64,000 bases of DNA from Candidatus Aenigmatarchaeota archaeon (GCA_016198685.1 JACQID010000008.1:74148-138147); one strand, 5' to 3'; shown: positions 18,495 through 28,310, numbered from the stretch's first letter. A program made the numbers and translations. The notes: generated by a model from the sequence alone, not told the origin.

Positions 18495-19502
18495 ATGCTT
18501 AAAACGGGGGCATTTCTATTGCTTGTTATTCTTGCCGCCGGTTGCACGGGCCTAGGGCAGGATTTCGGCAACAACGAAATCAAGGTCAACAAGCCTGTTA
18601 CAGAGGGTTCAAGCAACATAGCAGTGATCAGGGATATCAATACGATACCCACATCTCCCGTGCTTCCAAGCGATCAAGTTGATGTTTCTTTCATAGTGGA
18701 AAATACTGACTCCCAGGAAAGTCTCAAAGGCATGACAGTGGAACTCTATGATGCTGCGAGCTTCTATAATGGGGATCCTGATGATGCGTATACAGGGCTT
18801 TGCAATATTCATGACATCTTATGCCTGCCTGAAGGCGCGTTCTGCAATGCAGAAAAATGCGAATTGAGCAATCTTGCCCCGGGAGGCCAGAAGCTCATAA
18901 ATTACAAGCTTCTGGCACCGTCCGAAAGTTCGATATTGGGCCTTTCAACGGACATGGAACTTCGCTTTGCAGTCGAGCATGAGTTCACGGCAAAGACGAC
19001 TTACAGGCCTGTCGTAGTCAATGCGGACGAGATCAAGGCGCTGCAAAGAGCAGGGCAACAAGTTTCCATTGAAGCGCCTACAAGCATCGGAAGCGGCCCT
19101 GTCAAGCTGGACGTTTCACTCAAGAACAGGGATTTCATATTGAACAGGAACAGAGCTACTTTTGAAGTGCAAGCAAGGCATGTCGGAACCGGCAGGCTTT
19201 CTGGCAATGCCATAGAGGCAGGGAAGCTGGAAGCAAGGTTCATAGGATTTACGTGCGATGAATTTGAAGAGCCGGTAGGCATCGCATTCAGAGCCAGTGC
19301 AGAAGAGAATGCCTGCAAATTCACAAATACTGAAAATATAGAGTTCTTCAGGCAGGGCTTGTCTGTGCCCATGCTGTTTGTCATGAAAGGCGTTGACATC
19401 GGGACGGTTCCGCAGAGATCATACGAGGTTGCTGCGACTGCAGATTATGCATACAGGCTCACGGGCGTGGTGCCGATAACCGTGAAGCCCGCCGAGATAT
19501 AG
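18495..19502 (+). CDS. Predicted lipoprotein with Ig-like module (paralog 1)
   Basis: Signal ending ILAAGC; VEN, FAVEHEF and ADYAY..VPITV motifs. Start moved to ATG 18495. Confidence 0.7.
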   Translation: MLKTGAFLLLVILAAGCTGLGQDFGNNEIKVNKPVTEGSSNIAVIRDINTIPTSPVLPSDQVDVSFIVENTDSQESLKGMTVELYDAASFYNGDPDDAYTGLCNIHDILCLPEGAFCNAEKCELSNLAPGGQKLINYKLLAPSESSILGLSTDMELRFAVEHEFTAKTTYRPVVVNADEIKALQRAGQQVSIEAPTSIGSGPVKLDVSLKNRDFILNRNRATFEVQARHVGTGRLSGNAIEAGKLEARFIGFTCDEFEEPVGIAFRASAEENACKFTNTENIEFFRQGLSVPMLFVMKGVDIGTVPQRSYEVAATADYAYRLTGVVPITVKPAEI

Positions 19503-19510
19503 GTGAATCG

Positions 19511-20650
19511 ATGAAGTATCTTGTCGCTGCAATACTATTTTTATGCGGCTGCGTTTCTGTCACATCGCCGCAATCAGTGAACATGCTTTCCATAGACATA
19601 GCGCCGTCCGATGTCTTTGCAGGTGGCACGGCGACTGCAACACTTGAATTCCGCAATCCGGGAGGGACTGATATACGAAATGTAAAGATGTCGATTTTCA
19701 ACGCTGGCGCGCTTACGCCGCAGGAATGCGATTTTGGGACGGGTCAGGCGCTCCAAGACTTTTCGCCTCAGGGCACGCTTTCGGTTTCACGCAATCCGGA
19801 CAGAGGAACCGTGATTCTCGCGGCAACAGGACGCGATGACAAGGGCGTAAGCAGGGTTGGCGTCAATTTTGATGATAGCTGGCATTATTGCTATTGCGAC
19901 AGTTCAGGTTCTCCTGCATGTAGGGTCTCAAGCGGAAAAAGCTGTAGCAACGAATGGGAAATATCGGCAAGAGACGACGCTATTTATTATATCAGCGTGC
20001 TTGACAAGATAGGGCAGAGCAGCGATGCCAGCCACCCGATAACAGAAGGTACAAGCGTCACGCCATCCGGAACTCAGGATATCATCATAGACAATGTTGA
20101 GGCTGGCTCTTTCGCCATAAGGACATGCTCGCTAAAGGCGCCTGAGAAAATAGAAAACGATGTGATAAGCACGACGGTTGAAGGCAATGCCAAATTTTCC
20201 AGCACACTCTCGGGTAGCCAGGCAGTCTCGATCATCAGCGAAGAGGAATACCGGATAAGGCAAGCCAAAGATGAAGTGATTCAGTCCGCCCCTGTGCTTA
20301 CGGCATCAGACGGCCGTCTTCAGCTAATGGTTAGCTTCAGCGAGGCGATGCCCGTCATAGCACGCCCGGGCAAGAAAGCTTACATATATATTGATATTTC
20401 TAATGTAGGAGGGGGCAGGATTCCGTCATTAGAAAAAGGAAGCATAACGTTGCAGGAATCCGGAGAACAGATAGTAGACAAAAGTTGCCTGGATCAGAAG
20501 TTCTACATACAAGGCGCAACATTTCCGAAGATAGCGTGCGAAATCAATTTGCCCGATAATATAAACTATTTAGAAGCCCACTCCATAATACTAAGCATAG
20601 ATTACGATTATGAAATTCGTGCGTCAAAAGATGTGCAAGTAAGAAGGTGA
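19511..20650 (+). CDS. Predicted lipoprotein with Ig-like module and an inserted Cys domain (paralog 2)
   Basis: Signal ending LFLCGC; FRNPGGTDIRNV, ISNVGGG and IDYDYEI..VQV motifs. Confidence 0.7.
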   Translation: MKYLVAAILFLCGCVSVTSPQSVNMLSIDIAPSDVFAGGTATATLEFRNPGGTDIRNVKMSIFNAGALTPQECDFGTGQALQDFSPQGTLSVSRNPDRGTVILAATGRDDKGVSRVGVNFDDSWHYCYCDSSGSPACRVSSGKSCSNEWEISARDDAIYYISVLDKIGQSSDASHPITEGTSVTPSGTQDIIIDNVEAGSFAIRTCSLKAPEKIENDVISTTVEGNAKFSSTLSGSQAVSIISEEEYRIRQAKDEVIQSAPVLTASDGRLQLMVSFSEAMPVIARPGKKAYIYIDISNVGGGRIPSLEKGSITLQESGEQIVDKSCLDQKFYIQGATFPKIACEINLPDNINYLEAHSIILSIDYDYEIRASKDVQVRR

Positions 20651-20654
20651 ATAT

Positions 20655-21650
20655 ATGTCTGCGATCAGGAGTCTATGTTTCATTATCATGGTTATTCTTG
20701 CGGCAGGATGCACGGCAAGTGCGCGTCCTGTTACAGTCTCTGCCAGCGACGGCCTCCAGATAAATGATTTTTCTGCCGATACGACAGATGTATTTTCGAA
20801 TGAGGCCGTGAGGCTCAATCTGGAAGTCGAGAATATAGGCGGGACAACGGCGCAGAATATCAATGCCGTGCTGTTCGGAAGCGTAAGATCGTGGGAAAAT
20901 GTGCCTTCAGGAGCGCAGAAGCTTGCAGATGCCATGACGCCGCCTCTTCTAGGATCAGGCTCGCCGGGCGACATGAGCAAGCGCATATGGACCATGACCG
21001 CTCCTTACCTGCCTCAAGGCCTTTCGCAGGACTATCCTATCGGCGTGAGGGTAGGATATGACTATACTACTACATCAATAACGTCATTTGATGTCATAAA
21101 TTATGACCAGTTTGATCTTCTAAGAAAGAAGGGCGAATTCGCCCAGATGGACAGCGTATCAGGCAACTCAAATGCTCCGGTGAAGGTGCAACTCACCGCT
21201 TCTTCGCCGATGAGGCCGCGCATCAGGTGCGCTGAAGATGCCTTGAATTGCATATCAGAAACAGTGACGCTTACATTGTCAAACGTTGGCTCCGGCGTGC
21301 CATTCAAGAAAGGCTCTAATCTTGAGGATCCCGTATCCGATGATATAGGCGTCGTGATGCTGGGAATAAGGTCAAGCGGAGGCCATCTGGAATGCGATAC
21401 AGGCGTGAAGCGTGAGGATTCGGAGGAGACGACTAAAATCACGTCTTCAGGGCTGGATGTCATGCCTGAGAAAAAAGAACTCAAGCTCACAAGAGGCTTC
21501 GGCTCAGTGAGAATACCATGCACATTTCTGATGAAAGGCAGCGAGGTAACATCAGGAGTGCCCAAAGATACTATCACTGTTGAGATAGTTGCGGATTACT
21601 CTTATGCGATAGACAAGACGTTGAACGTAAAAGTCACGAGCAACGAGTAG
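20655..21650 (+). CDS. Predicted lipoprotein with Ig-like module (paralog 3)
   Basis: Signal ending ILAAGC; VENIGGTTAQN, GYDYTTTS, LSNVGSG and ADYSYAID motifs. Confidence 0.72.
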   Translation: MSAIRSLCFIIMVILAAGCTASARPVTVSASDGLQINDFSADTTDVFSNEAVRLNLEVENIGGTTAQNINAVLFGSVRSWENVPSGAQKLADAMTPPLLGSGSPGDMSKRIWTMTAPYLPQGLSQDYPIGVRVGYDYTTTSITSFDVINYDQFDLLRKKGEFAQMDSVSGNSNAPVKVQLTASSPMRPRIRCAEDALNCISETVTLTLSNVGSGVPFKKGSNLEDPVSDDIGVVMLGIRSSGGHLECDTGVKREDSEETTKITSSGLDVMPEKKELKLTRGFGSVRIPCTFLMKGSEVTSGVPKDTITVEIVADYSYAIDKTLNVKVTSNE

Positions 21651-21692
21651 ATCTGGGAACCTATATATACAACTTCCATACAAATCTTGAAA

Positions 21693-22661
21693 ATGCACAA
21701 ACCATTTGCTTTCTTTTTGTTTGCAATCCTGGTATTGGGATGCGTTTCTTCGCAGGAATCTTCCGGAGGCTACTTGACATGGTCCAATGCAGATTATGGA
21801 GTGTCGATGCAATATCCTGCCGACTGGACCGCAAATGAAGATTCTCAATCTGTAATAGTTGCTTTTTCGTCCCCCCTTGAAGGAAACGATGATGCGTTCG
21901 CCGAGAGCGTTAACATAGTCATGAATGATCTTTCCGGGCAGGAAATAACAATGGAGGATTACACGGAACTCACACTCCAAGCTCTTGGCGAAACATTCCC
22001 TGAAGCCATGATCACAGAGGCGTCAGATACCACGCTTGGAGGCTATCCTGCAAGAATGGTCGTGTACGATTTCAACGGCCAGTACGGAAAACTGCAGGCA
22101 CTGCAGATATGGACAATCAAGGATGAAATCTCTTATGTTGTTACATATACCGCCCTGGAGGAGAACTTTGATGAGTACAGGCCTGCATCAGAAAAGATGA
22201 TAGACTCCCTGATCATATCGCCGATACCGTCAAGAATTGCGGCAGAAACAAAAGAAACTTTGACGCCAGTTCAAGATTCAAACGAAGACACGGCAGGAGC
22301 CGCGGGAAAATGGAGGGCGTACTCAGAAGCTATCTATTATGACAATGGAGGATCGAACTATCTGAACAGGGCAACGACAAGACAGTTGATACTTGACACT
22401 GATGGAACATGGGAATTTGGGGCATCGAAAGGAAAGTGGAAGATAGAGGCGATAACAGACAGCGACTGGGAAAAATGGGAAACGTCTTCATATGGCCCGA
22501 CAAGAAAAATTGTGCTTGATGGATGGAACGATTCTATCGGCGACGGTCCGATAGAGGAGTCTGAAAGTAGAATAGATTTTCTTTGGTTAATTTATAGGGA
22601 AGAACCACCCACAGTGAGTCCGCCCGGCCAGATACAGATAAAGTTCGGACACAGCAACTGA
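21693..22661 (+). CDS. Predicted lipoprotein with a PsbP-like domain and an unknown C-terminal domain
   Basis: Signal ending LVLGC; YGVSMQYPADW...TTLGGYPARMVVY...YVVTYTA PsbP/DcrB-like pattern. Confidence 0.65.
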   Translation: MHKPFAFFLFAILVLGCVSSQESSGGYLTWSNADYGVSMQYPADWTANEDSQSVIVAFSSPLEGNDDAFAESVNIVMNDLSGQEITMEDYTELTLQALGETFPEAMITEASDTTLGGYPARMVVYDFNGQYGKLQALQIWTIKDEISYVVTYTALEENFDEYRPASEKMIDSLIISPIPSRIAAETKETLTPVQDSNEDTAGAAGKWRAYSEAIYYDNGGSNYLNRATTRQLILDTDGTWEFGASKGKWKIEAITDSDWEKWETSSYGPTRKIVLDGWNDSIGDGPIEESESRIDFLWLIYREEPPTVSPPGQIQIKFGHSN

Positions 22662-22719
22662 TTAAAGCTATTTAAGCCGGCCGGCTTAATAAGTAATAAT
22701 ATTTACGTTGGGTGTATAG

Positions 22720-24198
22720 ATGAAAAACTTGTCTGTCATTGCTGTTCTTGGTATTGTCCTTCTTGTAGCAGGCTGCACAGGCACGTCCCGTCCTGTCACG
22801 GTTGACGCTAATGAAGGGCTCCAGATAAAAGAGTTCTTGCCTGATCGTTCAGACATATTTTCGAGTGAAACAATTATACTTGACATGGAGGTTGAGAATG
22901 TTGGCGGCACGGCAGCAGAGAATGTCGTAGCAAAGCTCTTTGGTGGGATTTCCGGCTGGACAGGCGATGCCGCAGCTGAAAAGACAATGGGAAGAGGATC
23001 TAGCAATGCATTATCCGCGCCTTCGGCAGACAGAAATATTCCGGGTGACTTCAATAGAAAATCATGGAATGTCAAAGCTCCTGACCTTGCCCAAGGTCTG
23101 ATACAGACGTATGATCTTGGCATGAGGGTAAGATATGATTATACTACTACATCAATAACGTCGATTGACATAATAAGTTATGATCAATTCGACCTTTTGA
23201 GAAGGCAAGGCAGCTTTGTCCAGGATTTGACAGTGACAAAGAATTCATATGCTCCAATAAAAATAGCTCTTGAAGGTCGTGCGCCTATGAGGCCCGATTC
23301 TCCAGGCGGCGGCGTAGAAGAATCTCTTATTCTTACGATATCAAACGTTGGCTCTGGCGTGCCATTTAGGGACACCGGGAGTGCCAATGATTTCCCGACG
23401 CAGACTTCTCTTGGAAGAATTACATTTCTTATAGAAACAAGCAAAGGCAATGATGTATTGAGATGCGATACAGGCGATGGAAGTCTTGTCAATACCGGTA
23501 CGGTGACATTAAGGCGCGGCGTTGAAGAAGTAAGAATACCTTGCATCTTGAAAATAGATGCGACTAAGATAAGCGCAGGCGTTCCAAAAGAAACCATGAG
23601 CGCTACGATAACTGCAGGATATTCTTATGCAATAGACGGTGTGGTACCAGTAAAAGTAACCTCTATGCGGGACACAGTCGCGGGGTTGCCGTCCACCCCT
23701 CCTGCTGGGGCGACCACAACAGTGCCAGGAAGTGCAACAACTACGACTATAGCTTCGCCAAGTGAATTACGATTCTATATAGCGGCTCGATATTTTGATG
23801 ATAGTAGTAATAATGGGATATGGGGGAGCGGAGAAGCGCTACTCAATGGACTTGATAATGTTCAATTAAGGCCGCCTACGTGTGCCGTAAACACTGATAG
23901 TATAAGGTTCTCTTCAACAAATACAGACATAACAGGAAATACAGAAAATATACTTTACAATCTTGAGCACCCGACCAAAAATCCTGCCAGTACTTGCGGA
24001 TCGGATGTGACATATGAAATGAAGATAACGCTTAGAAGCGGATACGAAGTAGGAAATATAAATACTCCCGGAGGTCTTGGCGACCAATGCAAGACAGGAA
24101 GAAAGAATGACTGTGTGATACAGATTCAGGTATCGAAATTGGATGCTCAAGAAGGTAAGGTGTACAGAATAGAGATTCCAGTTAGAAGAACAAGCTAG
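22720..24198 (+). CDS. Predicted lipoprotein with Ig-like module (close paralog of 20655-21650) plus a Thr linker and an extra domain
   Basis: Signal ending LVAGC. Collinear with paralog 3, including an identical 23-nt stretch (21063-21085 = 23140-23162). Confidence 0.72.
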   Translation: MKNLSVIAVLGIVLLVAGCTGTSRPVTVDANEGLQIKEFLPDRSDIFSSETIILDMEVENVGGTAAENVVAKLFGGISGWTGDAAAEKTMGRGSSNALSAPSADRNIPGDFNRKSWNVKAPDLAQGLIQTYDLGMRVRYDYTTTSITSIDIISYDQFDLLRRQGSFVQDLTVTKNSYAPIKIALEGRAPMRPDSPGGGVEESLILTISNVGSGVPFRDTGSANDFPTQTSLGRITFLIETSKGNDVLRCDTGDGSLVNTGTVTLRRGVEEVRIPCILKIDATKISAGVPKETMSATITAGYSYAIDGVVPVKVTSMRDTVAGLPSTPPAGATTTVPGSATTTTIASPSELRFYIAARYFDDSSNNGIWGSGEALLNGLDNVQLRPPTCAVNTDSIRFSSTNTDITGNTENILYNLEHPTKNPASTCGSDVTYEMKITLRSGYEVGNINTPGGLGDQCKTGRKNDCVIQIQVSKLDAQEGKVYRIEIPVRRTS

Positions 24199-24206
24199 TG
24201 GGATAA

Positions 24207-25436
24207 TTAAAGGAATTTCTTCAATCCCTTATTCGTTTCTTCTTCGATGACGGGCTTTCCATAAACGCCGTCATATCCGGGAGTTACTTTTATCCTGCCT
24301 TCTCGGTTTTTCAGTATGAGATTTGCAAGTTTTTCGTTTGTAACTTTGTGCAGTTGTTCCTTGGCTACATTAAGCAGAATATTCATTTCACTGCCGAATT
24401 TGGTTATCAGAAGCTCATATAGCGCTTGAACCTTCTTGCTGAGGGGAGCCTGCCCTACCGAAAGGCCGATAACCTCTGTCAGTGGTAGCAGGCTCTTGTA
24501 ACCCACAGCTCCACTAGGCACGTATTTTTCCGGTCTGGCCGGGTCTGCCAATTGTTCTACTCGGTTTAATACGCCTATAGTCAGGGGCTTTCCGCATTTT
24601 GGACATATGCCGTTGTGCTTCTTGCTCTCTTTTGGATGCATGGAAATACCGCATGTTCTATGCCCGTCATAATGATATTTGCCATAATCTGGCGAAACCT
24701 CTATTGTAGAAAGAAGACCCTCCCTTGTTCTTATGGCGTTTAGCAGATGTCTATAATCGGTTTTTTTGAGATCAAATGCATTTGCTTCGCGTCCGAGCCT
24801 GTAAGGATGCGGCGAATGCGAGTCGCTATTTGAAAGAAGTGTGATTTTGTCAAGAAATGCACAGCGCCAATTCATGGGGGGGTCACTGGAAAGTCCGGTT
24901 TCTATTGCATGTATGTATTTTGTCTTCTCTTTGAAGCAGGTTTCCAAAGAATCAAAGCCGCTCATGGAGCCAAGGATGCCGAACCATGGTGTCCATGCAT
25001 GGGCAGGTATTACTTCTATATACTTTGATATTGACATCAACTTTTCAACCAATTCTATTGACGAGAAACCGAATATCGGCCTGCCGTCATAATCGAGACG
25101 GCCGCGTGAAGCAAGGAATTCGTTTATCTGCGCTACGACCTCAAAATCAGGTGCAAGAAGCATATGATGTATTCTTCTGCCTTTGCCGTCCTGCGTGTAT
25201 ATAAGTGATATCTCATTGGTGAGCACAAATTTCATTCCATTATGTTCATACATGCCGCCTGAGGAGTTGTCAAGCCTTGATTTGAGTTCCTTGAACCATA
25301 AAGGATGGGAAAAGTCGCCTGTCCCAATGATATTAAGCCCTTTTTCCTGCCCTTTCTGCGCAAGAACATCCAGAGTCATGTTTTTGGAAACTGCGCGAGA
25401 ATAAGGGGAATGTATGTGCAAATCTGCAAATTCCAT
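24207..25436 (-). CDS. endoQ: Endonuclease Q-family protein (PHP domain plus Zn ribbon)
   Basis: ADLHIHSPYS, GTGDFSHP, PAHAWTPW, ETGLSSD, SNSDSHS, GKYHYDGHRTC and CPKCGKPLTIGVLNRV motifs. Confidence 0.88.
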   Translation of the reverse strand: MEFADLHIHSPYSRAVSKNMTLDVLAQKGQEKGLNIIGTGDFSHPLWFKELKSRLDNSSGGMYEHNGMKFVLTNEISLIYTQDGKGRRIHHMLLAPDFEVVAQINEFLASRGRLDYDGRPIFGFSSIELVEKLMSISKYIEVIPAHAWTPWFGILGSMSGFDSLETCFKEKTKYIHAIETGLSSDPPMNWRCAFLDKITLLSNSDSHSPHPYRLGREANAFDLKKTDYRHLLNAIRTREGLLSTIEVSPDYGKYHYDGHRTCGISMHPKESKKHNGICPKCGKPLTIGVLNRVEQLADPARPEKYVPSGAVGYKSLLPLTEVIGLSVGQAPLSKKVQALYELLITKFGSEMNILLNVAKEQLHKVTNEKLANLILKNREGRIKVTPGYDGVYGKPVIEEETNKGLKKFL

Positions 25437-25484
25437 AATGGCTTTCCCTTTGAAATTTTAAATGCGTGTGATTCATTTAATGGT

Positions 25485-26024
25485 ATGCTTATTGGTCGCA
25501 GTGATATCCTTTCCTATGTTGCGAAAGGTCTTTTGGTTCAAGACATGCTGGATCAGGAAAAACAGGTTCAGTCTTGTGGCGCGGATTTGACCGTAGGCAA
25601 AGTCTTTATACTTGAAGGGAAAGGAGTGCTTGACTTTACCAACGAAAAGCGGAAGTTGCCGGAATACAAGGAATTGCCCTCTGTTAACGGCGTGTGGAAT
25701 CTTTCACCGGGCATGTATCATTTTGCCATGAACGAAAAAATCGTGCTTCCTAAAAACGTAGCCGGCCTTCTGCTTCCACGTTCTTCTGCGCTGACGTGCG
25801 GCGTTGAAGTCCATACCGCAGTGTGGGATCCGGGATATGAGGGCAGAAGTTTTATACATGTCAGCCTTGTTCGCGAAGTCGAGATACACAAGAACGCTAA
25901 AGTTGCGCAGATGATATTCTTTGATCTTGGAAAAGAAACTGCCGCGTACAGCGGCATATACAAAAACGAAGACATAATAAAATTCGCCAAACGAGGCGGA
26001 CAGGAAGGCCAGGGTTATCAGTGA
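25485..26024 (+). CDS. dut: Trimeric dUTPase / dCTP-deaminase-family protein (archaeal dUTPase-like)
   Basis: QSCGADLTV, LLPRSS, AVWDPGYEG, AQMIF and YSGIY motifs. Start set at ATG 25485 to avoid overlapping endoQ. Confidence 0.75.
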   Translation: MLIGRSDILSYVAKGLLVQDMLDQEKQVQSCGADLTVGKVFILEGKGVLDFTNEKRKLPEYKELPSVNGVWNLSPGMYHFAMNEKIVLPKNVAGLLLPRSSALTCGVEVHTAVWDPGYEGRSFIHVSLVREVEIHKNAKVAQMIFFDLGKETAAYSGIYKNEDIIKFAKRGGQEGQGYQ

Positions 26025-26359
26025 AGGACATGATAAGGATTCAATCAGGAAAAGAAATTTTCACTGTCAAAGATTGCCGTTCTTTATTGAGTGCAATGCA
26101 CGGCCTCATGTTTGACTCCCTTAATCATGACGGAGCTCTAATCTTAGGCGGCAGCATATGGATGCCTTTTGTCAAAAAGCCTCTCCATCTTGTTTTTCTT
26201 AGCAAGGAATTAACTGTAACCTCAGTTCAATATGCCGTTCCAATAACATTGAATCCAACCACATGGAAGACCTATTCTGACAAGAATGCAAAATATTGTC
26301 TTGAGCTTGCAAGAAAGCCAAAATTGGCACAGGGAATGCGGATTAAAATATTACCATAG
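26021..26359 (+). CDS. DUF192-family protein
   Basis: MHGLMF, IWMPFV..PL.LVFL and AKYCLEL motifs. Confidence 0.75.
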   Translation: MKDMIRIQSGKEIFTVKDCRSLLSAMHGLMFDSLNHDGALILGGSIWMPFVKKPLHLVFLSKELTVTSVQYAVPITLNPTTWKTYSDKNAKYCLELARKPKLAQGMRIKILP

Positions 26360-26454
26360 AAGTCATATACTATGTTCAGTTAACAAGCCAATTTTGCGCT
26401 GAAGATAGATATAGCATATTCGTAATATTTCAACCCACAAAATGCTATATTGAC

Positions 26455-26527
26455 GGGCCCGTGGTCTAGCGGCTATGACGCATCCTTGACGTGGATGAAG
26501 CCAGCGGTTCAAATCCGCTCGGGCCCA
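26455..26527 (+). tRNA. tRNA-Val(GAC), intronless
   Basis: GGGCCCG/CGGGCCC acceptor, CATCC-TTGACGT-GGATG anticodon arm, TTCAAAT T-loop. Confidence 0.95.
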
Positions 26528-26713
26528 TATAAAAATTCTTCTCATTGCTTCAGGAATACTTTTCTAATACTGACATTTCACAAGTTATTTTAGGTGCTGC
26601 TAAAGTATTTTGTGGAGTTCCAGCTATATTGGTTAGAAAGTATGTCCCTAGGCTTAGGAACGTTATCATAGAATTTCTCTACACATTGTCCTGCATGTGC
26701 GCAACAGAAACAA

Positions 26714-27307
26714 TTACACATAAAGCACATGACGATACAGAATCTTATCTGGAAGCCCTGTGCCAGGCTCAAGAGATGCAACTATCTCGAAAGGCCCATG
26801 CCTGCCCAAAGAATCTCTCACAATGGGCGAAAATCCGTCAGGCGTAGGATGAGAAAAATACGATGCATCTTCTCCGAATGTTCTGACTGCATCATCCTTG
26901 TTAATGGATGTCCTGCTTGGCAAACCGGTAACATAATCTATTTCTGTTATCCATCCGTCAGGCGGCAATTCGACAGGGATTTTGTTGTCTCCTTCGGCTA
27001 TCCACATTTCGGATTTTTCGTCAAAATAAACTCTTAGCGGTCTTTCTATCATAATTTTTCCGTCTGTATATGTCGATGTCCATTCCCCTTGTCCGTTGTC
27101 TCTATGTACAGCCTGCCTGTATGCCGGGGACAGCCAGCCTTGTTCGTTTCTGCCAAAATACGCTGTCACTAGATCTTTTATCGTAGGCAGGAATAATGCT
27201 TTGTCTAAATTTGATATCGGAGAACCTTTCAGATCAAGTAGTTTTTCACCTAGGTAAAATTCTCCATCTTTCGCAGGAACGTAAATGCTGTTCTTCGGGT
27301 TTGACAT
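26714..27307 (-). CDS. Hypothetical protein with a C-terminus reminiscent of CLec-fold DGR targets
   Basis: 197-aa ORF with an upstream AAAGCTTTAAATA promoter. Ends IVRDSLGRHGPFEIVASLEPGTGLPDKILYRHV. Confidence 0.55.
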   Translation of the reverse strand: MSNPKNSIYVPAKDGEFYLGEKLLDLKGSPISNLDKALFLPTIKDLVTAYFGRNEQGWLSPAYRQAVHRDNGQGEWTSTYTDGKIMIERPLRVYFDEKSEMWIAEGDNKIPVELPPDGWITEIDYVTGLPSRTSINKDDAVRTFGEDASYFSHPTPDGFSPIVRDSLGRHGPFEIVASLEPGTGLPDKILYRHVLYV

Positions 27308-27406
27308 CTATATAATTGTCAACTGGTATATTTAAAGCTTTACTACTTTTAAGTAATATAAAACATTAATTAATTCCTCAAATAAATAAACCCACGCAAA
27401 TATCTA

Positions 27407-27793
27407 ATGATGGGAAATATCCCTTCTTCTGATTCGGAATGGAAGAAGAAGCTCTCTGCAGAGCAATATCGTATTCTCAGGGAAAAAGGCACAGAAGCGC
27501 CGTTCACAGGCAAGCTTCTGAAGAACAAGGAAAAGGGTGCTTATTTGTGCAAAGGCTGCGGCACGGAATTATTTTCCTATGAAACCAAATTTGAATCAGG
27601 AACAGGCTGGCCAAGTTTTTATGACGCAAAGAACGTTCAACTGAGAGAAGATGACAGCCACGGCATGCGCAGAACAGAAGTCCTATGCAAGAAATGCGGC
27701 GGGCACCTTGGGCATGTTTTTGATGATGGCCCACAGCCTACGGGCAAACGTTTCTGCATAAATTCGGCGGCGCTGGAGTTTCGGAAGAAATAG
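27407..27793 (+). CDS. msrB: Peptide-methionine (R)-S-oxide reductase
   Basis: GTEAPFTG, Cxx[30 protein letters not shown] and RFCINS motifs. Confidence 0.95.
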   Translation: MMGNIPSSDSEWKKKLSAEQYRILREKGTEAPFTGKLLKNKEKGAYLCKGCGTELFSYETKFESGTGWPSFYDAKNVQLREDDSHGMRRTEVLCKKCGGHLGHVFDDGPQPTGKRFCINSAALEFRKK

Positions 27794-27798
27794 CGTCA

Positions 27799-28050
27799 TT
27801 ATTTGTATACGTTTCTTCTGTGACCTATTTCTATGGCCATTATTATCAATAGCTCGTTCTTGATGTCAAGAATTAGTCTATAATCGCCTACACGAAATCT
27901 GTAGTAGGGGAATCCAATTAATTTTCTTATGAATTCATACGGTCTTACTCTTATTCTCTCCAAGGAAGAAATGATGCGTTCCTGCAGATTTTTTTCGAGT
28001 TTGTCGAGTTGTTTTTCTGCTAAAACGGAAAAAGCTATAGTGTAACTCAT
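27799..28050 (-). CDS. relE: RelE/ParE-family toxin
   Basis: AEKQLDKL, YRFRVGDYRLI and EIGHRRNVYK motifs. Confidence 0.9.
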   Translation of the reverse strand: MSYTIAFSVLAEKQLDKLEKNLQERIISSLERIRVRPYEFIRKLIGFPYYRFRVGDYRLILDIKNELLIIMAIEIGHRRNVYK

Positions 28051-28283
28051 AGTGCTTTTTCCTTCTTTATCTGTTCAAGTCTCTTGAATTTGCCTTCCTT
28101 GAACCATTTTTCAGAATTTTTTTCATACTCTTGTATGTGACGTTTGGTTTCCTCGGAAAGTTCGAGAGAATCCTCTACCAAATCCCATATGACGTCTTCA
28201 TAACTCTCTCCTTTGAATAATTTCCTCTGTATGAGTTGATCCTGAAGACTTTCACTTATTTGTATTGTCGTTGTCATAGACAT
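28047..28283 (-). CDS. Cognate antitoxin (RHH-like)
   Basis: MTTTIQIS...ESYEDVIW N-terminus. 4-nt overlap with relE. Confidence 0.8.
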   Translation of the reverse strand: MSMTTTIQISESLQDQLIQRKLFKGESYEDVIWDLVEDSLELSEETKRHIQEYEKNSEKWFKEGKFKRLEQIKKEKAL

Positions 28284-28310
28284 CCATAGACATCTATAGT
28301 AAGCTATAGT
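28275..28310. promoter_or_regulatory. Tandem and palindromic repeats over the antitoxin start and promoter (putative operator)
   Basis: CATAGACATC x2 (28275-28294) and CTATAGT x2 (28294-28310), next to the minus-strand TATA box TTTAAATA. Confidence 0.5.

Noticed and set aside
25305-25484. N-terminal extension of the dUTPase ORF
   Set aside because: It overlaps endoQ head-to-head and has no family motifs. The same reasoning applies to the track extensions at 18339, 39730 and 53779.
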